A program made the position numbers and the translations under genes. A DNA stretch of 60,800 nucleotides, counting the filler, from Sphacelaria rigidula (taxonomy: Eukaryota), in NCBI GenBank assembly GCA_964200075.2. It is 7 parts of 7 records of this genome, joined end to end, with 100 filler letters (N's around TTAATTAATTAA, not from the genome) between each part and the next. Parts side by side here need not be neighbours in the genome. Positions count along the whole stretch, not along the records: positions 1 to 8,601 come from CAXNAA020010630.1; positions 8,702 to 17,302 come from CAXNAA020010631.1; 5 more parts are not named here. One strand, written 5' to 3'. The notes under the pieces were generated by a model that made no database searches, was not told where the DNA came from, and saw nothing but the letters and a program-made list of their open reading frames with translations. Shown piece after piece: positions 1 to 12,583 of the stretch; position 1 is the stretch's first letter; the number at the start of each line of letters is the position of its first letter.

Positions 1-119
1 TCAGCCATCCCTTTCCCTCGTCGACCGTTAAGTCGAATTTTGTGTTCCCACGACAGCCTATTAATAACTAGAATACCCAAAACAAGGGGTAAGGAAATCA
101 AGGGAAAGGATAAAGTAGG

Positions 120-379
120 GAGTGATGCTACGTTAGGGGTGCACAAATATTTTATGAGGTGAGAATTGTTAAGAGCCCTTTATATCGTAATCCAAAATGA
201 AACTTGATGAAATATGTGACAGTACGCCAGGATTAATATTCTAATGTGCCAGGGATATCCCGAATGAGTTTGCAACCGGGGATGCCCTGGCCCATATTCT
301 TGTGCATCTAGGATCGTTAGGAGCCCCTGAACCAGACAAGATTTTGCGCCAAAAGTGCACCCCTACCGCAGAATTGCTC
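120..379. mobile_element. ~260-bp MITE with GAG termini (Sola2-like), copy 1
   Basis: TIRs gagtgatgctacgttaggggtgcac / gtgcacccctaccgcagaattgctc; reverse-orientation homolog at 25489-25745; TSD degenerate here (tagg/tatt). Confidence 0.7.
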
Positions 380-1070
380 TATTGCACCCGGGAAAAAAAA
401 ACGCGCACGCGATACAATATAAAGAGAAGTGATGATGGGATGATGATGCATGCATGCATGGATGATGATCTGATCGATGATGGTGATGAAGATGAGGCTG
501 TTCACCTTTGCGACCAGTTTTGTGCCATTTGTATGTCTCAATCTACTCGCGTCCCTGTATTTCTCTCTCTCTTCCCTACACACCAACGTGCGGGAAAGAA
601 CATGAACCGAAAGTTGGCGTAAAAGCGCCAAAAGAGCAATCTTGCACAACATCAAGCAGCTAGCACAAACGAACACCACAGTGAACGTACGTTCGTTCGG
701 GGTTGGGAGGTGAAGAAACATTTTTACGAAAGAAAACGTATCTGCGGGCGTTGTCGGTACCGTGAGTCCTTTGCTACTGGAACACCGAAGTGGCTTCAAC
801 CTTCAGACACGCCTCCATTTTACGAGTAATTTTTCCTTCTTGTTCGTTTTTGAAAAGCCACCCCACGAGTCGGATGTACGCTCATATCTCCCTTGAGCAT
901 GGCCATAACGGCTTCTCGAAACTTTATCGAAAATGGCGTGTGTGGGCTGTTTTTTTTGTCTCTGCTCTGTTATAACTTGAAAAAATAGAAAGTAATAATT
1001 TCATTTGTATGTTGAACAATCTTTTGAGGAAGGGATGGGAATGTTGGTTGGGTTGGGGAGTGATTTTCAG

Positions 1071-1187
1071 GCACAACGCCCATACATGGCGATAAACTTT
1101 CGTAGTAAACTGCGAAAGTTAACCGACGAGAGGCCCTTCAGTGAGGAATCGGCGGAATCGAGCGCCATTGAAATGCGACCTTCGTAG
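1071..1187 (+). CDS. Possible terminal exon of an unidentified gene (AQRPYMAINFRSKLRKLTDERPFSEESAESSAIEMRPS*)
   Basis: ttttcag acceptor, open frame to TAG, followed by UTR-like sequence; no family recognised. Confidence 0.3.
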   Translation, partial: AQRPYMAINFRSKLRKLTDERPFSEESAESSAIEMRPS

Positions 1188-2129
1188 TGTATTATGTAGT
1201 GAAGACTGCTTGTGATTGACTCGCGGGCTCGAGCCACACCTGCTGTAGAGATGGATAGAACAGCAGCAGAGAAACGGAGCTGCAAGCAGACAAGCAGACA
1301 GCGAGTGGTACATTGCCACCGCCGTGGGCCATTGCGATTCTAGTGTATCAGTATATCCCCATCTTAGTGTGGCAAGTTGTGTGTTGCCGTGGCCGCAAGC
1401 GCTGGCGCCGATGTCAACGGCAGCAGCCGTCATGCTGACGGGTGCAAGCAGTACCCTGGCGGTGCAGCATATCCGCACCGTGCTGTGCGTTGCTCCCTTC
1501 ATCGGAGCATGGGGTCTGGCCCAGCCGGTCGAGCGGTGTCGTTGTGTGCCTTGACCCAGCCATGTTCGGTATCGCGCAAATGATGGGTTCGGGTACATGA
1601 ATTTTTCATCAGACAGTCATGTGTGTAGACAGCACTGCGTCCTCACTGATACTGTATGTTACAGAGAGACGAACACAACAATACAGCACATCAAGCAATC
1701 TCAGCGGAGACCAAACCGTCTTCGCAAGGTGTAAATAGACCCCAGAACAGTGATAGCGACAGCACATGAGAGCGAAAGTGAGTGTGTTTGTGCTGCAGTA
1801 CAGTGAGACAAGACACGTCCCACGTTTTAGTTCTCCGGCTGATTTTAAGCGGACCCTCGGTGTTTGCAGGGTGCCGATCTTGAACGCTCGGACAAAAATG
1901 CTCTTCGCGCAAATAATTTAATTCATGTTTTGAACAAGGGGAAGAGAATACATGGTGTACTACTAATCGTCCGTCAAGGAAATCAGAAGGTAGTCTCTTG
2001 TGTTGAACTTCCTTGGTCCATCAAGCACGCTTCGGCTTTGCTCCGCAGGTCGGGACGGCCTGTGCTTATCTCGATTACAATTGATAACCCCCCCCCGCCG
2101 CGCTTCTTTTGGCGAGACACGCGTGGGCT

Positions 2130-2425
2130 AGTGTGTAAGCCATGGCTGTCTCCGTAAATGGTAATACCAGAAATCGAAGCAGCTTTTTGGAGGTTGTCAC
2201 CCATATGCAAGATAACCAGTACGCTTCAGGCCGAAATATCGAAATATCTTACCAGGATACAGCTCAGCCTTCATGCGACTTACCGAACACATGACGGCGC
2301 TTCGCGCTTGGTAGTCCATTGCAAGGCTGGTCTGGCAAAAACCCGGCGTGCTCCGTCCCGGCCTTTGTAGAGATGCGAGGTCAATGGTCTTATGGCTACG
2401 GCACGCAAGATCATGAGTGTACCCC
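2130..2425. repeat. Dispersed ~300-bp repeat family
   Basis: Reverse-complement copy at ~22435-22720; end motif caatggNcttatggctacggcaYgcaagatcatgagtacccc recurs at ~23140-23190 and ~25915-25965. Confidence 0.75.
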
Positions 2426-3929
2426 CACCTTTCTCCTATCTTTTCCATCTTCCGTTTGACCCATCTCCCTCTCAACGAGTCCGCTGTCGATCAACCTATC
2501 TCCCCCCCCGGGTACCTACCTTGCAATTCGCTGTCGAGCATTGAGATAACCACCACCACGGCATGTAGACTTTAACCGAATATTTTTGCAGATACATGTG
2601 CTCACACTTCCCACGGCGGAATCGAACCCACTACTTCCACTCCGCCCAATCTGTCGGGATTTGCAACCCACTTTTTTTACACCGCGCGAACGTACCGGTG
2701 ATGTATTTATCACGTTCACCACCGAGAGCCAGGGGATCCGTCACTCCCGTATGATATTCCGCTCATGACGCAGCATCATGCATGGAATGGAAAAGAAAAA
2801 AAAAAAATCATCTTTCGTTTCATGAAATGGGTTATGCTTGAAGTGTGTACGTCCCTCTGGGTGTGCTGCAGCGTTGAAAACCTTGTTTTTTCTCCCTCTG
2901 AATCGAGTTATGGTCTTTCGTAGGATACTCGGCCGTATCGTCATCTCCAAGAATCAGCGGTTGATTGGTTGACCGGTTGATTCATCCCGTTGGCTGATTG
3001 ATTAATTGATTGATTGCCGCACTTCCATAAATAATCCCCGAGGAATCTAGCCGTGGCCACATGATAGATGTACCGTACCCGTTGTCAACAAAACGGAAAC
3101 GCTCGCTAAATGAGGCTAGAGAAAGGCAGGAGACAAAGAAACATGGAAGAAAAAAAAAATAGAGCAAAAAGGAGAGACAAGACGAGTTTGACGGAAAAAA
3201 AAACAAAGTGGACACAAGGAAAAATGAAAATGGGGAGATGATACTTTTGAGAGTTTAAGAGTAAACGATCTCGATGGTTACTGGCAAAATGTATGACATG
3301 AAATAAAGAAAGGAAGTCACGGGAAGGAACGAAACAAGCCAGAAAAGAGAGAGGGAAGACAACAAGGAAAAAAGGAGCGGGGAACCCCCAGCCCCCGCGG
3401 CATGGCTTCGAATAGAAGAGACCGTGCAAAAAGCAAGGCTGAGAATGAAACGAAGGGGCCATGTGGGAACAGACAGACAAGAAAAGAAACAGGCAAGGCA
3501 AGAAAGAAGGAACAGGAAACCGCCGCCCCCTGGAGCATGGCTTCAGATAGGAAAGATGGTGCAAGAACCAAGCAGTAAAATAGAGCGAGGGGGCCATTTG
3601 GGAACCATGCTAATTTCACACCCTGGGTGATGACGGCGTATCACATTGTCAAGAAATGTACTGCGTACAGTATAGACTACTGTGTCTATTGCATTAGACA
3701 AAGTATTCCATATTATACGTAACACACTTTTGGACAATGTAACCTATATTGCCATTACCCGCGAGCTCTACGGGGGCGAGACACAAACAACACTACAGGA
3801 AAAAGAAGGCACACGTCGGGCAGCCTGTGAGCTACGTGATTATTACTTATGATTAGTGTACTGTTTGTTTTCTTCCAGATCGGCAATTTCTTTCTGTGCT
3901 GATGCTTTTTTTTTTCACGTCTTGGTTTA

Positions 3930-4097
3930 CTACCGTATGTCGTTCTGTTCGACTTTTTCTGTTCCTCCTTTTTTCTTTAGCGAGCGTTTCAGTGTTGTTT
4001 CGTCTTGGTGGGCACGTCTATTATGTGACCACGGCTGGATCATGACCTCCGGGAGATCAGTCAAAGTGCGACAATCAATCAATCAATCAAGCAATCA
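3930..4097 (+). repeat. Retroposon-like 3' end with (AATC)n tail
   Basis: Related copies at ~8165-8265, ~21320-21455 and, reversed, ~2960-3130; all end in gtgcgRcaatcaatc. Confidence 0.6.
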
Positions 4098-4770
4098 CAA
4101 GAGTGATTCGGATGAGGAGCTAGCTCATTTGACCCCTTGTTCTATACTTTCTCCTTACATCGCTGAATGTCAAGCACGCGGATTAGCGCAAAGGTGGCGC
4201 CTTGGCTTCTCTGACCCTGCTGCCATGTACCTTATATTTTTGGACAAGGGATCTATCTGAGAGTCCTCTTCGCTCGGTCAGTAATTTTACGTAGATCGTG
4301 AGGTGTCCAACGTGTGCCTGAATAAAGGAAAATATGTGATGAAAATAAAACAGAGGAGGGAAGTCCGTTTTGCCTTTTGCCCACGAAAACTGATCGGGCT
4401 CAACATAGAGTAGAGGGCACGCGAGGCCGTACTTATCTCAATATACCTACGTGACGTGCGCGACCAATTGTGGGGCAATAGGTTGGAGCCGACCAGTCGT
4501 CTTCTTTTCTTCAACCGGGACACTCTTTGTTCTTCTTTAGTCTTATCGAGACCAAAAAAGACAGTAGACTTGACCGCTTGGTAGGTATGGAAATTTCTGA
4601 CTTGGTTCTAGTGTGGACCCCGAAATCTGGATCTTTTAATGGGGGCCGTTCTGGCGTACGCAGAACGCGCATTCGTCGATTTTGAGGTCTGGCGACGCAC
4701 ACTTTGCTTTGGGAACAAACACATTGCATCCCCCTTGCCCGAGGGCTCTGCGTATGCCTCCGTTGGGGTG

Positions 4771-5526
4771 AGGCGGGGTCTTATCAGAAGCGATTGTCAC
4801 TTTTCAAGAAATCACTTTTGTAAAAAATGACCGATGATTGATTGCTGCCCCCCCCCCAAAAAACAAACAAACTGTTTTTGTGACACCTCGAACAGGACAT
4901 AAAACATCCCGTTGACAGAGGCATAACCGAAGTCTTGACAGACAAGTCAACACAATCAAACGTGAACCTGAGGATGGCATTGCCCTCCCAAACCAAACCA
5001 CACCGCTCCATTCAGTGCTGCTCATCAGCTGAACATGCCGTGCGTGCGTGACCTTGCTCAAATTGGTTCAAAATTCAGTGAGAAATGATTATTTGCGTGA
5101 GACGCGCGCATATCACACCCTCAAAAACAGTCAGCAACAGCATGTTTTCGGTTGTTATTTGACACGCACGCGGCCGCCTTTCATCCAATACTGGACGGAT
5201 TTCCGTCAAACAAAGGCTGTGGTGTGTAGATGATCAAGAGCTAGCGCTTGAGCTAGTGCGCGTGAGTGGTGGGTGTCTATGCGTCGGTTTTCGTGGCTCG
5301 GTGTTTCGGCGCTATGTTACCTCGTTGCGTCTTGTCCACAACAGTACAGAGGTATTGGACTAACGGCCAATTCCAGAACCGCCGCATTTTTTATCTGTGT
5401 GCAGATGTGAGCTTTGATCTTGACGAAAGTGCTTGCCGATAAGACTCAGCACTGATCGTTGTGAGGGTAATCACTTCTCCAAAAGTAATTGAAAAAAAAT
5501 GAATCACTTCTGATAAGACCCCGCCC
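4771..5526. mobile_element. Non-autonomous DNA transposon with ~55-bp TIRs (possibly PIF/Harbinger-like)
   Basis: aggcggggtcttatcagaagcgatt...aatcacttctgataagaccccgccc; flanks gtg/gag (imperfect 3-bp TSD). Confidence 0.55.
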
Positions 5527-6070
5527 GAGGGTTAGAGTCAGAGTTATTCGAAATCGTAAATTTCCGAGAAAGTACTATACCTACCAAGTGGTGAACTAAC
5601 CTAGAAAAAGAAGTGTGGAAAGGAATAGGCCCCCAAAAACAGCATGTCCATTAGTCTGTTCCTCTTCCCGTTTTTTTGGTCGAGGTAAGACACGGACTGT
5701 TCTGTTCTGTTCTGTTATACACGTACGTGTCGTACTGCGTGATCCCTTTTTGTTTGTTTTTTTCGTGCTTACTACAGATCATTTTTTACACGGTAAACAA
5801 TAGATTAGATTGGCTAAAGTGTACTGCGTACAGTGTCGAATATATTTGTCTAATGCATTAGCCTATTTTTCTATTGCAAGAATACATATATTCGATACTA
5901 TAAATGGTATACTTTTCGAAAGTGTACTGCGTACAATATCGAATATATTGTCTGATGCAATAACCCACAGATTCGACATTATACGTAGTACACTTCTACC
6001 AATGCAATCTATGTTCAGGATGCGGAAATTTTGTTTTGTGTTTTGGGCGAGGGGGGTTTTTACACAAACG

Positions 6071-6072
<2 letters not shown>

Positions 6073-6140
<68 letters not shown>
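6073..6140. repeat. (CA)n microsatellite; others: (GTTCT)n ~6590-6645, (CA)n ~18495-18600, (GTT)n 19275-19322, (TAG)n 26736-26773, (CTG)n ~48712-48740
   Basis: Directly visible. Confidence 0.97.
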
Positions 6141-6141
<1 letters not shown>

Positions 6142-6500
6142 GGTCACCCCGGCGGCTCAGTCGGTAACCTCGAAACCCTCTGGCGGTTGGATCGTGGGTT
6201 CAATTCGAGGAGCGATCTTGGATTTTCTCTCACCATGCCCAACAATGGAGAGCGACCATGTCGTGTGTACACAAAATTCGACTTCACGGTCGACGAGGGA
6301 AAGGGACTGCTGAACCCCTCTCGCGATAAAAAGTAAAGGCAAGCACAGCAGAAGAAACTCCTGTGTGACCCCGGCTGATGTGCCCATATATACCGAAAGG
6401 TGTAGACCGGCGTCCAGAATAGATGGAACGAGAATACAACACAACACCACACACACGCACACCACACACATACACACCACACATACACACACAAACAAGA
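6140..6500 (+). mobile_element. tRNA-derived SINE, full-length copy
   Basis: Pol III A-box-like GGCGGCTCAGTCGGTAA and B-box-like GGTTCAATTCG head; body ...aaaattcgacttcacggtcgacgagggaaaggga...; CA/CAA-rich tail. Other copies: 8330-8520 (+, 3'-truncated), 1-55 (-), 19275-19465 (-), 50165-50416 (-, 5'-truncated). Confidence 0.8.
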
Positions 6501-7773
6501 ATATACACACTTGAGAATGAATAAATAGACTAACCACAAGAGCACCGATCGTTTCTAGGGAAGAGGTGTCCTGGGAAATATTATGTTCCCTGTTCTGTTC
6601 TGTTCTGTTCTGTTATGTTCTGTTCTGTTCTGTTCTATTCTGTTCTGTGTAATCGCACGTTGGAACATTTTCTGGAAGGACAGCATGATTCTTCTTCTTA
6701 TTACTAGTACATCAGTCAAACTTTGAATATGATATGCACTCAATTAGGGTTTTTTTCTTCCCACAAGACCGTTTGTCACCTTTATTTAGAGAGTTTGAGA
6801 GTCGGTAGGCGTTGAAAAAAAAAAGAACGGCGTGGTCAGGACATATTTGCCAAGTTTATGTTGTCAGAACGATACGGAGTAAAACCCCGTTTATCGACGG
6901 GATCTCATTGACTGCAAATAGCCCGAAAAAACGGTTTTTCGCCCCGAAACATGATTCTTCGGCTGTAGCACGATGAGCATCGAGAGGATAGAAGAACTGA
7001 GGGCGTACATAGTTGTTTATTCTAACGATTCGGATCGGTTCGGTCGAGCGAAAAAAGAAAAGAGCGAGAGCGGAGGGCTGTACACTAGTATGACCCTCAC
7101 AGGCCGGTAAGCTCGTATCTCGTCCAAAATTGGTCGCAGACAATGTTTTTTCGTCGAAAATTTTGTCAGGTACTCATGTCTCTCAATTTCCAAAGCTTTA
7201 GGATCGAACAGGAACCGTGATGGCTCGTGGTCGACAAAAAACCTGAAGATAATCGCTTCCAATCGAAAATGCGAAGTCCAAAGTTCAACTACTACTCCGG
7301 AGCATATTATTATTTCCGTCATATTAGCTTGATCTCCGGAACCCGTGCTCACAGAGTGCAAAGAGCATACGATTGATATCCATAAGCTAGAAAACCAACA
7401 GAGTACAGCTAGAAACGAACACTCTACACAAAAAAAAACACCTACACTATGAAAGATGAAAGAACATTGAGAGATCGATGGACTATGATGCCAATCTTTT
7501 CACTGCTCTGCTTTTTGTATTTTTTTGTGTTATATCGTATGCCAATACGCCCTTTGAAATGACAGCACACTAAGAAATGCGCAGTATATTTATTCTGGTC
7601 TGGTCTGGTCTGGTCTGTTCTGGTCTGTTCTGCTCTGTTGTATTCTGCTCTGTTGTATTCTGTTCGGTTGTATCGCGCGTGTGTGTTGTGTGTCCATGTG
7701 CCCATGTGTCCGCGTGTCTGTGTGCTTGTGCGTGTGCCTGTGTGTGTGCTTGTGTGTGATGTGATGGCGCCAG

Positions 7774-7902
7774 GTCTTCGGGATGACGGCTTCTCCTACG
7801 GTGGAGTGTGTGGAGGTGCTACAGAGCCGAGCCTACGTGTGCGAGGACGAGCTGATCGAAGAGTTTCAGGCGAACGCCCAATGGGAGATGCTCTATTTTT
7901 CG
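7774..7902 (+). CDS. Internal exon of a Dicer/RIG-I-like (SF2) helicase, motif III region
   Basis: cag acceptor; 43 codons VFGMTASPTVECVEVLQSRAYVCEDELIEEFQANAQWEMLYFS; FGMTASP matches the (I/V)(F/L)G(M/L)TASP motif III of Dicer-type helicases; ends at a probable GC donor (TCG|gcaagt). Confidence 0.65.
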
Positions 7903-8329
7903 GCAAGTTTTTTTTTTTGTTTTTCGTTGCTTTTCTTCAAGCACACTGTACACCCATGTTTTCGTTTGTACTTTTGATTCCCCCTTCCCCCCCTGTGTTT
8001 GAATGGTGAGACACCCACGAGGAAATGTATAGCCTTCAACTGTCTCTGGAAGAGATGATACCAGAAAATGAAGCAACTTATTCGAGGCTGTCATCCATGT
8101 GCAATATAATCAGTAGTTTTCGACCAGAACAATCTAGTGGGATGCAGCTCACGTTTCGTGCAATTCGTCTGTTCCACCTTTCTGTTCTCTTCACTTTTTC
8201 TTGAGCGAGTGTCTTGCCATGTGAGGATCAGTCAATGTGCGGCAATCAATCAATCAAATCAATCAACATCCCTCGAGAAGAGAAATTGCGAGAGTGGGCG
8301 TTTATTATTGCTCTTTATATACAAGCTAA

Positions 8330-8520
8330 GCCGGTCGCCCCGGTGGCTCAGTTCGTAACCTCGAAACCTGCTGACGGTTGGGTCGTGGATTCAAATCTCG
8401 GAGCGATTCGGGATTGTTTCTCGCGTAATGCGTGACAGTGGAGAGCGACCGAGTCGTGGGTACACAAAATTCGACCTAATGGTCGACGAGGGAAAGGGAC
8501 TGCCGGACCCCTCTCGTGAT
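8330..8520 (+). mobile_element. tRNA-derived SINE, 3'-truncated copy
   Basis: Homologous to 6140-6330 with A/B-box-like motifs (ggtggctcagttcgtaa, ggattcaaatctc). Confidence 0.75.
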
Positions 8521-8601
8521 GAACAATACACGGTTAGGACAAATAATGATTCGTCAGGAAATTACTTGGTTTTAGTACAATAAGCTGACTCGTGATGAAT
8601 G

Positions 8602-8701
8602 NNNNNNNNNNNNNNNNNNNNNNNNNNNNNNNNNNNNNNNNNNNNTTAATTAATTAANNNNNNNNNNNNNNNNNNNNNNNNNNNNNNNNNNNNNNNNNNN
8701 N
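8602..8701. other. Artificial contig linker (N-run + TTAATTAATTAA + N-run); identical linkers at 17303-17402, 26003-26102, 34703-34802, 43403-43502, 52102-52201
   Basis: Six identical 100-bp spacers carrying a six-frame stop cassette; the segments between them are 8601/8601/8600/8600/8600/8599/8599 bp, i.e. size-sorted unplaced contigs. Confidence 0.97.
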
Positions 8702-10948
8702 AGAGACTGGCATCATCGATCTTACCAGCATGTGCCCAATTTTCCATGTGCCGAAACATCGAGCTGCGAATAGATTTTCTCTCGTCTTACAATTGCCTGT
8801 CGAGCTCACGAATGAGAAGATCGATTTCTCTCAGCCCCTTCTTTTGGACAGGACGCGCCTCTGTGCGCTGAAAAATATGTCGTTGAAAAAGAGGGCAATG
8901 TTGCCGTCACCGCTACTAATGTTCTCTGTCGCACACATGCCAGCAAGGGCGGTGCTACGGCCATAACAGATAGATCCAATTTGAACTTAGGGGGTGTTAT
9001 TCATCGTTGATTTTCGGCGACTTCCCCCAACCGGGTGGTGGAGCAGAAGGGCGTGTCACACGCAAGTTGAGGGGGTGTATGAAAGATCAAACACTTGTAG
9101 AAACCGTTTTGACATGCGGAGTGAAAACAGATACCTATGGTGGTGACTGAACTGTTGCTAGCGTGGCGCATAGGCAATCAGCAGCACACGCTGGTCGCGT
9201 GAACAGCTCTGTACAGTACGAGTAGCTTCCCATGAGTGATAAATATTCCGATGTCAGGAGGTCATGGGTTATTGCAAGTTGGGAGGAGAGAGGAGAGTGC
9301 TCTACGATCAACCGCATGTCGTTGCATTCGAGACCCACGCCATCACACCGCCGACAGCAAGGGCCTTGTGGCTTTCACGCGACGCTGTCGGCAGCACGGC
9401 AGGCAAACCGGATTATAGCTACCTTTCGTTGCTCTACCGCACGTACGCCCGTCTGCTCAGACGTGGTCACGGTAACAAACTGCACCGAAGTCGCAACACC
9501 TGTGAAAGCTAGAGAGTTTGAGTTTTATGAGCCACATCCACAAAATGAAAACGGTTCTCGAAACCTGAGGGAGGACGGCTTCCCTGTCCCCTAGCCAGGA
9601 ATCGATGTACTAGGAAAAACTTTTACAGGCGGATACAACACAAATGGGGGCCTGGAGAATTTTCTCTCCATCAAAATCCGAGTTTTTCAAGCTGCAAAGC
9701 GTTCCATGCACATTGTTTTCTAATACAAACGGCGATATATGTTCCGTTCTTCAAGCACTGCCTGATGCCGATCACGGAAAAGTTTGGTATTGCTGTGCGG
9801 TGGTTTCTTCGGATGTTTAACTGGACCCGAAGCGGCCACCTTCCCTCAGGTTTTGAAAACAAAATTATGTGGACAGTAGAGTTTTTACGACCGCATAGAA
9901 CACTTATGAGGGTACGGAGAGTTTCTTCTCCATGAAAATGCGTGCCTTCCAAGCTGCAAAGCGTTTCATGCGTATAGTTTTCTAATACGAACGGTAATTT
10001 GTCGATTCCGTTCCGTTCTCCACGGACTGCCTGATGCCAGTCCCAGAAACGTTTGGTATTGCTGTTCGACGGTATCTTCGCGTGTTTAGCCGGACCCGAG
10101 GCAGCCACCTTCCCTCAGGTCTTGAGAGTCGTTTGAATTGGGTGGATGAAGGTGAGAAAAATCAACTGTTTAGATCTCATACCCGTTGCGAACTTCGGTC
10201 GGGAGGAAGTACCGTAGCAACGAAAGCATGCTATGATCGGGTTTGCCTGCCGTACTACCGACAGCGTTGCGTGAAAGCCACAAGACCCTTGCTGTCGGCG
10301 GTTGATGGCGTGGGTCTCAAATGCAACGACAAGTGGCTAACCGTAGAGCACTATTGTTCCAGCTTGTAGTGTATGACCTCCTCACATCGGAATAATTCTG
10401 GACAGCTACTCGTACTGTACAGAGCTAAGTGTTCACGCGACCAGCGTGTGCTCCAGATTGCAGCATGGACGGACTCCTATGTGCCACACTTGCAACAGTT
10501 AAGTCACCATCATAGGTATCTGTTTTCACTCCGCATGTCAAAGCGGTTTCTGCGAGTGTTTGATCTCTTATACACCCCCCTCAACTGGCGTGTGGCACGT
10601 TGTTCTCGTCGAAATCCAGAGGGTCAGATGTGGGTAAAATCAATGATGAATAACACCCCCTAAGTTCAAATTGGATCTATCTGTTATGGCCGTAGCACCG
10701 CCCTTGCTGGCATGTGTGTGACAGAGAACATTAGTAGCGGTGACGGCAACATTGCCCTCTTTTTCAACGACATATTTTTCAGCGCACAGAGGCGCGTGCT
10801 GTTCAAAAGAAGGGGCTGAGAGAAATCGATTTTCTCATTCGTGAGCTCGACAGGCAATTGTAAGACGAGAGAAAATCTATTCGCAGCTCGATGTTTCGGC
10901 ACATGGAAAATTGGGCACATGCTGGTAAGATCGATGATGCCAGTCTCT
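8702..10948. mobile_element. Long inverted-repeat (foldback-type) element, left end truncated by contig edge
   Basis: Arms ~8702-9434 and ~10215-10948 are reverse complements (near-identical ORFs 8730..8966+ and 10684..11076-); spacer contains a diverged direct duplication (~9688-9855 / ~9948-10122). Confidence 0.85.
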
Positions 10949-12583
10949 CGAGAGTTTGGTAATCGCCGAGCGAGGACACACAAAGGACACGGGCGAGGAG
11001 CTACCTCTCTGTCGTTCCTTCTCTCTCTGGTAATATCGTCATCGACACGCGTGTACACCGCATTCGATACGTGCACCTAGCCACAGCTGTTTGACTGCCG
11101 CGGACATTTGGGGGGGAAGATGGCTTCGCTCGGTCGTAAGTATTTCGCGTCATCACTGCAAAAGAGAAATGCCACATCAACCTCATTTTTGAGATGGACC
11201 CCATTTTCCAGGATCCACCGTTAATGACTATTGATGGATGGCTCACCAAATCTATTGCTTTTGATATTGATTATGGCAATGGCTATCGATATATACATCC
11301 CATTGTAAGGAAGATGTATCGAAAGGGGAAACAGACTAAGGAGGAGGCTGTCCTGACATATGCCGTCCTGATGCCAAAGGAACTCCGACGCTGACGATGA
11401 TTTCCTCTTGTGAGATGTGGGCAAGAAGTTGGGTCGGACAGGGAGTGGTTGCCGGGGGCGCCCAGTTCCTCGGGGGATGTTGGATCGTCCTGAATATTAG
11501 GCTCTTCCTGGCATCACCCCGAGTTGTCTAGTTTTGTTGGCATTACAGGGTCCTAGGTAATCTGGTCTATTCGGACCGTTCCCCCCTTGTACGTGCTTGC
11601 TCTGGCTCTCCATACACGTGTGGGATCAGTCTCTGATATGTCACTGCAAAGAGGTATTTTCCACATTTCCCCCCCCTTATGCGCCTCAAGCCCATCGAGG
11701 CTATGGCTGGTGGGATGAGGCGATCATCAGCTTCGCTGATGATACCATCGTGGAAATTTCTTTGAGTGATTATCACTGATTGAGCCACGCCACCACTACT
11801 CGCAAAGGTAGCCCTTCTCTATACTCTGGTGTTGAGCAAACACCCCCAGTAAGTTTCAGCTAGCTGTGGTCTGTAATAGTGCATGTATTGCAAGCCCTTT
11901 TATTTTGGTCTTCTCTGTCATGTAGCTGTCATATGTGACATGTTTCCATCAGGTGTATTTGCACTCGGGTGCTGGTTGCATCTGCGGGTATACATGACTG
12001 GGCACTGGGACCATGATCGATCCACGGGCGCCTGGGTTATTCACGCCCGGGTTCTGGGATGCCTTCGGTTCCTCTGACACCTACGTGGGACTACGTCCTC
12101 GCGTTAGTAACAAAGCGGTGGATACGACGTCTTCGGTCTATGAGCATTCTGCTTTTGTCTAAACATCATCAAAATGACCCTTGCTTCTTGTCAGCAACTA
12201 CCCCCATTGCTGAGAGGTTATCTTCCTTGGGAAGTTGCACCTTCGTCACCGCTAACATGCCAGATCTTCTTCTGTTCATGTCTGTATTGTTCTACCGTTT
12301 TTTTTTACTCTTATTGATCCCCGAATGTTCGACCTCAGGCTACTGCTCAACCCTTGAGCGTTTTGCTAGGAGGCTCGAACAGTCTGTTGAACAGTCAAAT
12401 CCGTTTCCGTTTCCCGATAGTCTTGGATTTCGAGTCCGGGTGTGAGCATTTAGCTAACCCATTGTCATGACGGTACTTATCAATGGGATGTTTACATTGC
12501 GGTATTTCATCCGCGCGGTAGGTCAGGTCAGCCGCTGGGCCGTAACCCTTGAGTCTCAACCGATATTTATAGTTATGACTACT

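Noticed and set aside
1071-1141. Joining RPYMAI...DERPF to the helicase exon as the Dicer HPY...RP segment
   Set aside because: The available donor (a|gtgagg) is phase 1 while the 7774 exon is phase 0; resemblance is weak
6140-6215. Functional tRNA gene
   Set aside because: No proper cloverleaf; continues into a repeated SINE body
8646-8657. TTAATTAATTAA palindrome recurring every ~8.7 kb as a biological periodic motif
   Set aside because: Always embedded in N-runs; it is an assembly linker
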